Assembly: GCA_965249575.1 (NCBI GenBank)
Contig: OZ252244.1
Span: 416,001-480,000 of the forward strand
DNA length: 64,000 bases
Source of the DNA: Gemmatimonadales bacterium
GTDB taxonomy: Bacteria; Gemmatimonadota; Gemmatimonadetes; Gemmatimonadales; GWC2-71-9
Direction of reading: 5' to 3'
Shown piece after piece: positions 55,685 through 64,000 of the stretch. The number at the start of each line of letters is the position of its first letter. Position 1 is the stretch's first letter. A program made the translations under genes and the position numbers. Below the pieces are notes generated by a model. That model worked only from the letters and a program-made list of their open reading frames with translations. It had not been told where the DNA came from and searched no databases.

Positions 55685-56074
55685 TCAAGCGGCCGGAGCG
55701 TCCGGGATGTCCTTCAGGATAGTTCTCCGGCGGCAGCCGGTACACTGCACCCGGCGGGCCGTATGGCCCTCAGCCTCGAAGGGCGGTCCCAACATCATGT
55801 TCGCATCGCATTCCGGACAGGCCGCCCGAACCTTGGGATGGCGAATCATCTCGCGGATGTCGTCTACATCTTCCAGGGAGTACGTCGCAAACACGGGCTG
55901 GCGCCGGTCGCGCACAACGCGCCGCTCGGATCCGGTCCGGCGTTCCGCACCTCGTCTCGCTGCCTCGCCGAGCCGCCGATCCGCCTTCGAGCGACGATCG
56001 GCGGTCGCGCGAAGGTCGTTCAGGAACCGGCGCAGGCCTTCGTGCGGATCTCGTTTGGTCGGCTGCCTGCCCAT
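55685..56074 (-). CDS. Small protein with (D/E)RR repeats and a C-terminal Zn ribbon
   Basis: DRRSKADRR..ERRTGSERR..DRR; CPEC...CTGC. Confidence 0.65.
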   Translation of the reverse strand: MGRQPTKRDPHEGLRRFLNDLRATADRRSKADRRLGEAARRGAERRTGSERRVVRDRRQPVFATYSLEDVDDIREMIRHPKVRAACPECDANMMLGPPFEAEGHTARRVQCTGCRRRTILKDIPDAPAA

Positions 56075-56241
56075 GAGGATCCCATATCGAAACGTGTCGC
56101 CCTGCTAGGAACAGATTTACATCTGGGACGGCGCCCCGCTAGGGGGACTCCGTGGTCAGCGAGGAGTGAGGAGTGCAGTGATTGAACGAAGGACACGGGC
56201 GCGGCTCGACGTATGTCAAAGGAGAATTACCTTTCCAGCCG

Positions 56242-56279
56242 GGAGGGCTAGACCTAATTGGTAAGGCAGCGGTCTTGAA
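56242..56279 (+). tRNA. 5' half only of tRNA-Ser(TGA), broken at the anticodon loop (probable att site)
   Basis: GGAGGGCTAGACCTAATTGGTAAGGCAGCGGTCTTGAA is followed by non-tRNA sequence; promoter-like TCGACG-16-TACCTT lies just upstream; no 3' half found in the window. Confidence 0.75.
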
Positions 56280-56464
56280 GGACCTCGGCGGTGTCCGTCG
56301 GGGTCCTTGTCTGTCCTCATGGGTCTGGCTTCCCAGGAGAAACGAACGGTGACGAGCCAGCGTTGTCCGGCTGAGTCCGCTCCGGCCACCTCAGACTGCC
56401 TTCGTTTTTGCCTTCGGTCCGTCTGCCATCGCATCGCTCCTGCGAGCGTCGGCCAACGATGGGG

Positions 56465-56507
56465 ACGGCACGTCAACGGCACGTCAACAACTGCCAACGG
56501 CACCTCA
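56465..56507 (+). repeat. 11-bp direct repeats ACGGCAC(G/C)TCA x3
   Basis: Copies at 56465-56475, 56476-56486 and 56497-56507. Confidence 0.8.
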
Positions 56508-56512
56508 ACAGC

Positions 56513-56533
56513 CTATGGGGGAATCCCCCATAG
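56513..56533. promoter_or_regulatory. Perfect palindrome, putative operator
   Basis: CTATGGGGG-AAT-CCCCCATAG; partial second copy GGGGGGAATCC near 56622. Confidence 0.5.
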
Positions 56534-56762
56534 CGGTCGCAGCACCGCGCCCACCTATTTGACCGGCTGCTGCTTGACGCTGGCTTGACGCCGGCGCGCG
56601 CACGTTGGCACGTCCTGATTCGGGGGGAATCCGTGTTGCGACGCCGCGTGTCCGTTGTGGTGTTAGTGACCGTCGTAATCCAGCCCCCCCACATGTTCTT
56701 CCTGGTAGTGCCGACGGCCCCTTTCCGGAGCAGTGCGCTGTAGCGAGACCCACGGAGGAATC

Positions 56763-58313
56763 ATGAACGTCTCGAGATCCAAGCCACAAGGCACGCGCTT
56801 CGTAGCCTATGTCCTGTTGCTCGCTTTCGCATCCAGCTGCATGGGCCCTTGGCGCGTCCAATCGGGCGATGCGCGATCTATAGTTGAGGCGAAACGGCCC
56901 AACAAGATCCGGGTCTATCGCTCTGGCGGATCAGGAGTCGAGCTGGAGAACCCGACCATCGTCGGAGACAGCCTGGTCGGAATGTCCACGCAACCACGGC
57001 CGTCCGTTCGAGTAGCCATGCCCCTCGATCAAATTCGCGCTGTTGAGACCAGAGGAATTGATGGGGGGAAGACTACGGCGCTCGTCTTGGGAGTCGGTGC
57101 CTTGGTGGCCGTCATCGCAATGGCTACCGCTCCCGAGCCGAGGAGGAGCTGTACGCGAGGGGAGTTTTCGGGATCATGCTCTTGTCCGTTCGTATACAGC
57201 TGGGACGGTGAGACCTGGCGGCTCGACTCGGGAACGTTTGGGGGGGCCATCACTCGCGCAGCGGCCCGTACAGACGTGGACAACCTGGTCTACGCCACAC
57301 CGACGGACCGTGTCCTGCGCCTCAAGCTGGCCAACGAACAGGCCGAAACCGACCACGTCGATGCGTTGTCGGTGTTGGCAGTCGATCACGATCCGACCGT
57401 CACCGTCGCTCCCGACGGTGCCGGCAAGCTCTATAGTATCGGAAGACTGAATGCACCAACGCGGGCCGTCGATTACAAGGGACGAGACGTCCTCACCCGG
57501 ATTGCGGCTCCCGACGACGTACACTGGGAGTCGGTGGTCACTGGCCGGGATTCGTCGCGAACGGCGGACGTCCGGGACGGCATCGAGTTGACGTTCGCTC
57601 GTCCCAACGACGCCCAGGAAGCACGACTCGTGATCGACGGTCGCGATGCTGGGTGGACGGCCATGATGTTGGCGGAATGGGTCAGCGCCCACGGCTCGGC
57701 CACGCCCGCATGGTACGACTCCCTCGACACACAACCCCGGATGTTCCAGGAATTTTCAGAAATCATGGCCCACACCGGATTCCTCGGTGTGTGGGTTCAG
57801 GTCGGTGACCGCTGGGAGCAGCAGGGGTACATCTGGGGTGCCAGCCCCAAGGTCGCAAAGCGACAAGTGTTTTCGGTCGACTTGTCACGGGTGGTGGGAG
57901 AGACGATCCGGGTGCGGCTCGAGTCCGCTCCGTCCTTCTGGCTGGTCGATCACGTTGCCATCGATTACTCGGACCAACGGGCGCTCGACGTCCGCGAGCT
58001 ACACGCCAACCGGGCAACAGACCACACCGGCCGCGACGTCCGTGCTGTACTCGGCGCCATTGACGGAGCCGAATACGTCATGGAAACCGGCGACTATGCC
58101 GAGCTCGAGTTCGACGTTCCCACAGTACCGGCCGGGAAGATCCGGAGCTACGTGCTCCGTTCCACCGGTTGGTATCGTATTCACACGCCGAACAGCGGAC
58201 CGCCCCAGATCGGACTACTCGATCAGCTCGTGAGTGACCGAAATGCGGCGTCTCGTGCCGCCGTTGGCCGGATGAACGAGATGCTCCAGTTCTTGGGGAG
58301 CGAGTCCCGGTGA
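56763..58313 (+). CDS. Uncharacterised lipoprotein with an internal TM helix and an SCPFVYSWDG-type domain
   Basis: RBS GGAGGA; lipobox FASSC; ALVLGVGALVAVIAMA; SCSCPFVYSWDG; RSYVLRSTGWY. Confidence 0.75.
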   Translation: MNVSRSKPQGTRFVAYVLLLAFASSCMGPWRVQSGDARSIVEAKRPNKIRVYRSGGSGVELENPTIVGDSLVGMSTQPRPSVRVAMPLDQIRAVETRGIDGGKTTALVLGVGALVAVIAMATAPEPRRSCTRGEFSGSCSCPFVYSWDGETWRLDSGTFGGAITRAAARTDVDNLVYATPTDRVLRLKLANEQAETDHVDALSVLAVDHDPTVTVAPDGAGKLYSIGRLNAPTRAVDYKGRDVLTRIAAPDDVHWESVVTGRDSSRTADVRDGIELTFARPNDAQEARLVIDGRDAGWTAMMLAEWVSAHGSATPAWYDSLDTQPRMFQEFSEIMAHTGFLGVWVQVGDRWEQQGYIWGASPKVAKRQVFSVDLSRVVGETIRVRLESAPSFWLVDHVAIDYSDQRALDVRELHANRATDHTGRDVRAVLGAIDGAEYVMETGDYAELEFDVPTVPAGKIRSYVLRSTGWYRIHTPNSGPPQIGLLDQLVSDRNAASRAAVGRMNEMLQFLGSESR

Positions 58314-59554
58314 AGGGCCGCCAAGTCTGCATCACCGGCATTGGTGCGATCACGGCCGCCGGTCATGGCGTTGACGCCCTGCGCACCATGCTGCTCACCG
58401 GGGCGACCCGCGTGCGCCCTGCCGCCGAGCTAGGCGGCCTGCCGGTCGGCCGCGCTCCTGAGCACATGCGGTGCCGAGATGCGCGTCGCCTGGATCGGAG
58501 CGGGGCCCTGTTTCTGGCCGCTGCAAAGGAGGCGTGGGAAAGCGCCCGGCTCGAGACTACCGACCTGGACTTGACGCGCTGCGCGGTCATTGACGGCTCC
58601 TCCCTCGGCGTAATGGCCGATCTGCTCGAGGCCCATCGAGATCGGTTGCACCGCGGGGACGGACTGCCGCACCCCTCCGGACTCGTACGGTTCATGGCAG
58701 GCGCGGGCGGTGCTGCCTTCGCGCACGCGTACGGGCTGCAAGGAACCGTGATACATGTGTCGGGAGGGTGTGTTTCGTCGACGTACGCGATCACCGAGGC
58801 GATCCAAAAGATTGCCAATGACGGTGCCGACGTGGTCATTGCCGGCGGGGCCGAGTGCCCGCTGCAACGAGATATCGTCGACACATTCCGCGCCGCGGGG
58901 ATTCTGGCCCACGCGAATGACGGTGTATGCAAACCATTCGATGGGCGCCGCTGTGGCACGGTACTGGGCGAGGGAGCGGGTGTGCTCGTGTTGGAATCCG
59001 AGGAACACGCGCGCCGGCGACGTGCTACGCCCGTTGCTTCCATTAGTGGATTCGGCGCTAACTGTGAAGCGTACTCCATGACCGCCCCTCAACCGGATGG
59101 CACCGGTGTAGCGATTGCCATCCGCCAGGCCCTATCCGATACACCCACTGACTCCGTGGGATGGATCAAGACACATGGTGCCGGGACGAAGCTGAACGAC
59201 GCTGCGGAGTGCCGAGGTCTTGCCGCGGTGTTCGGAACCCGCCTGCCGGACATTCCCATCACGGCGCTGAAACCAATGACCGGTCATTGTCTGGGCGCAA
59301 GCGGTGCCGTCGAGAGCGTCGCCGGTCTGATCGCTCTTCAAGAAGGCGTCATCCCACCCACACTCGGCACCGAGCAGATTGATGAGACTCTACCCTCCTG
59401 CACCGTGGTGACACGCCTGCAACGAAGTACGGCGACAACGATTCTGATGCTGACCGCGAGCTTCGGCGGTCGGTACGCCGCCATTGCGGCTAGCCTCGGG
59501 GACGCAGCTGGAAGAGGCTCAAGCAGAGCGTTCATGAGGGGGAGAAGAGAGTAA
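58310..59554 (+). CDS. Stand-alone beta-ketoacyl-ACP synthase (FabF/FabB-like)
   Basis: ITGIGAIT, GGCVSS (Cys), LGEGAG, KTHGAGT..ND (His), KPMTGHCLGASG (His), SFGG. Confidence 0.88.
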   Translation: MKGRQVCITGIGAITAAGHGVDALRTMLLTGATRVRPAAELGGLPVGRAPEHMRCRDARRLDRSGALFLAAAKEAWESARLETTDLDLTRCAVIDGSSLGVMADLLEAHRDRLHRGDGLPHPSGLVRFMAGAGGAAFAHAYGLQGTVIHVSGGCVSSTYAITEAIQKIANDGADVVIAGGAECPLQRDIVDTFRAAGILAHANDGVCKPFDGRRCGTVLGEGAGVLVLESEEHARRRRATPVASISGFGANCEAYSMTAPQPDGTGVAIAIRQALSDTPTDSVGWIKTHGAGTKLNDAAECRGLAAVFGTRLPDIPITALKPMTGHCLGASGAVESVAGLIALQEGVIPPTLGTEQIDETLPSCTVVTRLQRSTATTILMLTASFGGRYAAIAASLGDAAGRGSSRAFMRGRRE

Positions 59555-59588
59555 CGGATATCTTCGGTCGTCAGGGAGACAACGAACA

Positions 59589-59957
59589 ATGAATCGCTTG
59601 GTCGCTCTTGCACTCAGTGGTACGGCTCTGGTCGCGTGCGGCACGGTCAAGACGACGCTCCTTCCGGAGGCCAGTCTTTGGTTGCCCGTCCCGGCCCCGC
59701 AGGTCAGCGTCTACTTTGCTAGCGACTCGCTCCCGCCGCACCAGCGGGTGGCGATACTCCATTTCAAGGGCGAAGGCGGGATGCTGGACAGGTTGCGCAC
59801 GGAGGCGGGCAAGTTGGGAGCGAATGCCATCGTGCTGACCCAGATGAAGGAGGATGCGAGCTTCGGTGAGAAGGTTGCAGCCGCGGTGTTCCCACTCGCG
59901 TCGTTCCTGGGACTGGGGGGTGACCGGCCGGCGGAGGCCGTAGCGATCCGCGTCTAG
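59589..59957 (+). CDS. Small lipoprotein
   Basis: LVAC lipobox; LR.EAGKLGANAIVL motif (YbjQ/RcsF-like fold). Confidence 0.7.
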   Translation: MNRLVALALSGTALVACGTVKTTLLPEASLWLPVPAPQVSVYFASDSLPPHQRVAILHFKGEGGMLDRLRTEAGKLGANAIVLTQMKEDASFGEKVAAAVFPLASFLGLGGDRPAEAVAIRV

Positions 59958-59966
59958 ACCAATAAA

Positions 59967-59993
59967 AGCGCCCGGCCCCTGCGGTCGGGCGCT
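59967..59993. terminator. Intrinsic terminator-like hairpin
   Basis: AGCGCCCGGC-CCCTGCG-GTCGGGCGCT preceded by an A-tract. Confidence 0.55.
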
Positions 59994-60266
59994 GTGGGGT
60001 GACAGACTGTTGATCCACGGCGGTTACTCTCGGCTCCCATGCCCCGCTTTGCCCTGATCCCCCTAGGCGATGCCCTTCCCGCCGTCGAGGCCGGCTTGAC
60101 GAGTGCGACGAATCCCAGCCGCCCGACGAGAAGGAACGGGCCGAGTTGCTCAGGCTGGCGATCCGGTTCGCAGCGGTGCAGCGGTTACTGGTGCGGTATG
60201 CGAAGGCTGGGGACGCCAATGCCCAATTGACGGAACCACATGTAGGACACTAGCGTACTGGGCAGT

Positions 60267-60701
60267 ATGAACGGCTCGACCCCCCTCACGAACAGCCGCC
60301 GCGAGCGATTCGCCCAGGAACTGGCGAAAGGCGCGTCCCAGGCGGAGGCGTACCGCCAGGTGGGGTACAAGAACGGCAGCGGCACTGATCAGGCGGCATC
60401 CCGGCTGTTAAGGAATGTTGAGGTCGCGGGGCGAGTCGATCACCTCAAGACTGAGGCAGCAAAACAGGCCGAAGTCGATGCGGCCTACGTGCTGCGGCAG
60501 CTCAAGGCACTAGCGGAGCTGCCTATCGACACGCCGAGCCACTCCGCGCAAGTCGCTGCGCTGAACCTCCTCGGGAAACACCTTGGCCTGTTCGACGAGA
60601 GACACCGCGTGGATGGGGCGATGCAGCTTGAGATCCGCGTGGTGCGGGAGCTGCCCCCCGAAGCCTACCTGCCCCTGTCTCCGGGCGACGAGCCTGCGTG
60701 A
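60267..60701 (+). CDS. Phage terminase small subunit
   Basis: ERFAQE...AEAYRQVGY...AASRLLRN..V; VLRQL..LA; ALNLLGKHLGLF. Confidence 0.82.
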   Translation: MNGSTPLTNSRRERFAQELAKGASQAEAYRQVGYKNGSGTDQAASRLLRNVEVAGRVDHLKTEAAKQAEVDAAYVLRQLKALAELPIDTPSHSAQVAALNLLGKHLGLFDERHRVDGAMQLEIRVVRELPPEAYLPLSPGDEPA

Positions 60702-60720
60702 CGACTCCGGGAGCCTGGAC

Positions 60721-60905
60721 TCAGTCGCGCCCCGCCCCTTCCGTGAGCCGCCGCACCTCCTCGAACCACTTCACGACGACGTTCAACTCTCCCGATGCCG
60801 CCGCCTTGCGATGATGCTTGAGGTCCTCGGCAAGGTAGACCGTGGCCATGCCACCTTCGCCCAAGTGGCGCTCGATCTTGTAGCGGTCGGCGAGGGCGGT
60901 CGAGA
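60721..60905 (-). pseudogene. Collapsed Ser/Thr kinase: N-terminal subdomain I joined to the extreme C-terminus
   Basis: [34 protein letters not shown] fused directly to ELNVVVKWFEEVRRL*. Confidence 0.8.
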
Positions 60906-61424
60906 GCCCGGGGCAACCTCGATTGGAGCGAGCCAACGCAACCAAGCTGCAGATTCGCTCGGCAGTTACGCGGTGCGTGAACGAGATGCGGAGGTTACTC
61001 CAGAGAGGGAAACGGCCCGCCCCGAAAGTTCGTCCCGCGCCCGGGTCAAAGCTGTTTGCCATCGCGGACTTCCTGCTTCCGACTAAGGACAGGGAGAATG
61101 TCTGCGACGCGTCCGTGAGCGACATGCTCGCGGAATACGGCACCGCGCTTGACCCGGAAAAATCACGGCGAAGAGCCGGCCCAGAACCATTGCGTAACCG
61201 GGTCCAAGATTCGGGGTGTTTGCTTCATTCTAGAGGTTGAGATTTGACGTTCTCTATACAGTGGCCGACGCTGGCCCCGCCACCGCACAGACGCCCCGCA
61301 GGACGCCCGCCGGGGCTCTATGGACTGCAAGAGGCAAGAGGACGAACACGGGGGTATTTTGCCTAAAGAGCTACGGCTTCGCGGACTTTCGCTACGAGCC
61401 CAGTGTCTCAGAAAGGAGGTGCGG

Positions 61425-62785
61425 ATGGTGCTCCGAGATCTCGCTAGCATCGCCCTCGCCACGCTGCTGGCCGCCCCCACCGCGACGGTCGCCCAGGAAA
61501 GCGGCTGGAGGGTCCCGTTCGATGGACGAGGCCTCGTGCCCTTCGTCGTGGCCGAGGGTATGCTCTTTGCCAGCGGCAATGATGGGGCGCTCCTGGCCTT
61601 CGACATGGCGACTGGAGAGCGCCGTTGGCAGTTCCAGATCGGAGAGCGGGCCGCGGCCTCGAAGGTCATCGTGACCAATGAGACGAGGCTGGCCGGAATG
61701 ATCGCCGCTGCCGGCTTGGGGATCAATCGGAAAGTAGCACTGGGTCGTCCGGTTCTGGCAGACGGCTCTGTGTACATCGCCTCATTCCACAGCGAGCCCC
61801 CGGACCTACCCAACGTCTACGCGCTGGATGCTACGTCGGGCCGGGAGCGGTGGTCCTACTTCGCTCCGGGCGGGGCCGCCGTGTCGATGGTCTCGTGCTC
61901 GTGAACGGCGGGGGCGGGCTCGTCGATGCGCTGGACGCCACGACCGGTGCGCTCCAGTGGCGCTTTGAGCCGCTCGCTGGCTTGGACGGGTTCGCGCGGC
62001 GTCGCGCGAGTGGTCCCGTGGCCACGGGGAGTACACTGTATCTGACTGCCCCGTCGATGGAGGATGTGCCACAACACAGTTACTTTTACGCCCTTGATCT
62101 GGGTTCAGGCGTGGCGCGGTGGATCGAGGAGGTGCCGGGAAGGCCGGTGAGTCGGCCGCTCTTGCACGACGGGTCGGGCTACGTTGCGGTCAAGGTGGGC
62201 GGAATCGAGGTGGTGGAGGGAGTAGTGCGATCACGAGCTGAGCATCTGGCGGTGCGCAGCGTGGCGCTCGACTCGGGGACGATCAGGTGGGAGGCAACGA
62301 TCGACAGCGCCTGGCAAGTGTCCGATCCCCTCTTGGTGGCGGATCGTCTGGTCATCGCGACGGATCGCGGCACTGTGGCGTTCGACTTCGACACGGGCGA
62401 GGAGGTGTGGCGATTCCGCACCAGTGAGCATTTCGTCAAGTCGACCTTCTGGGTGGCTGGCGACGAGGTACTGGTGGGCACCCAAGAGTCGCTGCACGTT
62501 CTGGACGCCGCGACCGGTGAGGTGCGCCGAGCGATAGCGTTGAAGGAAGGATGGGTCCACGGGATCGAGGGTGACGACGTGTACCTCAGTCATCTCGAGC
62601 GGTTGTCGCGGCACGACCTCACCACTGGCCAGTGGGTGTGGGAATCGAAGCTCGACAGCCGGCCCGGCCAAATCCGCGAAATCGATGGGTGGCTCTACCT
62701 GACGACGAACGGCGAGCACCTCTGGGGGAGCAAACCGAAGACGGGCTATCTCTACAAGCTGAACCCCGAAACAGGGAAGCAGTGA
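61425..62785 (+). pseudogene. PQQ-like/BamB-type beta-propeller protein with a frameshift near 61875
   Basis: RBS AAAGGAGGT, signal peptide; (A)LDA.TG..RW blades occur in both the 61320-61904 and 61850-62785 frames. Confidence 0.8.
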
Positions 62786-62849
62786 ACCCAGACTGCTAGG
62801 TCACTGACCGAGTAGTTGCGCGGGTTTCTCCGGATTCGAGGGGGGTCCC

Positions 62850-63869
62850 ATGGTGACGCGCGTCATCCTCGTGACCGTCGCCGTAACGCTTCTACCGGCG
62901 GCCGCGTTCGCCCAAGACGTTGTCGAGCGGGCCCAGCGCCTGGTTGAGATGTACGAGCTCGTCGAGGCTGGGCAGGAATCACGTGAGAAGCTGCCGGGCC
63001 ACCTCGAAGCAGAGCTTGGCCGACTGGCAGGCGGGCTGGACCGCTACCTTCGCGACCACGCCGATGATGTAGCCGCCCTCATTGCGGCAGCACGTGTCGC
63101 GCGGATCCAGGTCTCGTTGACGCCCCTGAGTTGGTCACCCTCTGCGGGCGAGCCGCCGCCAACGAACGAAACCGGGCATGCCCACGAGCTGTTAAGCCGT
63201 GCCTTGGCGGTCGAACCCGACAATGCCGACGCGCACTACTGGCAGGCGCGGCTGTACGGGTTGAAGAACCCCGTCATTCAGGACGGGGTCATTGCCTACC
63301 GGGCGGAAGATCTGGATCTCGCCATCACGCACGGGCGTCGCGCCGTGGAGCTCGTCCCGACGAGCAGTGGATACCGTCAGGCGCTTGCCATGTTTCTCCC
63401 TGACGACCTGCGTCACACGGAGGCGATAGACGTGATGCGGAGCGTAGACGGCGGGCAGCATCCCATCTACGTGTTGCTTACCGACATGGATCTGCTTGGA
63501 CTGCCGGACGAGGCCGTCTACCTCCAGCTCGAGAGCCAGAGCTTTGCCGAGTTTCTCAACAACCGCGGTCGATTCAAGAACTATCCGTATCTCCGCACGC
63601 GGGTCTACAGTTTCCCGGGCTCACCTGCCGAGCTCGAGGAGGCGCTCCACCGTTCCTGGCCAGATCTGGAGTTCGACAACGGAGATGCCGTGTTCCGTAC
63701 CGTCAACGGTGGGCTCGAGCCGAGCAACGAGGAGTCACGCACGACCCGAAGCGGCTACCTGTCACTGGCGATTGAGGCGAGGAGCGACGAGCAGGAGCGT
63801 TTCGAGATGCAGGGTGTGGAACGCTTTGCCACCGTCTTCATTCGGAACCACCGCGACGTGAATCGATAA
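62850..63869 (+). CDS. Secreted TPR-containing hypothetical protein
   Basis: Signal peptide AAFAQ; RALAVEPDNADAHYWQA and RRAVELVP TPR-like motifs. Confidence 0.7.
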   Translation: MVTRVILVTVAVTLLPAAAFAQDVVERAQRLVEMYELVEAGQESREKLPGHLEAELGRLAGGLDRYLRDHADDVAALIAAARVARIQVSLTPLSWSPSAGEPPPTNETGHAHELLSRALAVEPDNADAHYWQARLYGLKNPVIQDGVIAYRAEDLDLAITHGRRAVELVPTSSGYRQALAMFLPDDLRHTEAIDVMRSVDGGQHPIYVLLTDMDLLGLPDEAVYLQLESQSFAEFLNNRGRFKNYPYLRTRVYSFPGSPAELEEALHRSWPDLEFDNGDAVFRTVNGGLEPSNEESRTTRSGYLSLAIEARSDEQERFEMQGVERFATVFIRNHRDVNR

Positions 63870-64000
63870 GCGCCAGGAGCTACACATTACGGTGGATCGG
63901 ATCCTACGGAGACCCGACACCGCAGAAGTCCGGTGGAAAGTCTGGTGCCTCGGGGCCCGATTTGAGCCATCACCCTAGAAGGCGAAAGCCGCGGCGCTGG

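Larger units (their letters stand above)
56242..64000. mobile_element. Putative second integrated element (right end not established)
   Basis: tRNA-Ser 5' fragment, arm-like repeats at 56465-56507, orphan terminase small subunit, gene remnants. Confidence 0.6.

Noticed and set aside
60583..61086. Plus-strand ORF 'MLEVLGKVDRGHATFAQVALDLVAVGEG'
   Set aside because: Antisense shadow of the kinase subdomain I fragment
60923..61240. ORF with APGSKLFAIADFLL..SDMLAEY resembling a permease-prefix-type domain
   Set aside because: Only a short fragment with no reliable start; family assignment not supportable

Overview
GC-rich bacterial chromosome segment, most consistent with a Gemmatimonadota-like genome (inferred from the '[37 protein letters not shown]' kinase N-termini, the pilin type and the Minf_1886-family gene; not database-confirmed). 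It has three parts. (1) 1-14.3 kb is accessory DNA: an LVIVD protein, DUF4386, a type IV pilin plus a truncated pilin, and an 8.4-kb genomic island in tRNA-Met(CAT) bounded by a 46-bp direct repeat. The island is a mosaic of gene fragments, and its tyrosine integrase has an intact ORF but three catalytic residues substituted. (2) 14.4-56.1 kb is core genome: ftsB, eno, plsC, thiL, nnr, glyA, rpiB (interrupted by tandem in-frame TGA-TAG), an ilvE-like aminotransferase, acyl-CoA dehydrogenase, bioY, thiolase, thrS, valS, Ig-like lipoprotein, selA, purN, purH, DUF2723, TonB-dependent receptors, UPF0182, TlpA and glnS-YqeY, with heptamer-repeat arrays in several intergenic gaps. (3) From 56.24 kb a second element begins at the 5' half of a tRNA-Ser(TGA) cut at the anticodon loop. 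It carries a lipoprotein + stand-alone ketosynthase pair, an orphan terminase small subunit and more remnants. Best leads: the triple-dead integrase, the split tRNA-Ser with a hairpin and arm-like repeats, a candidate FCB-type protein O-glycosylation system (DUF2723 plus a lipoprotein with about 15 D-S/T-x sequons), kinase-leader repeats bracketing foreign cargo, and heptamer-flanked cassettes. All family calls come from motif recognition only; no searches were run.
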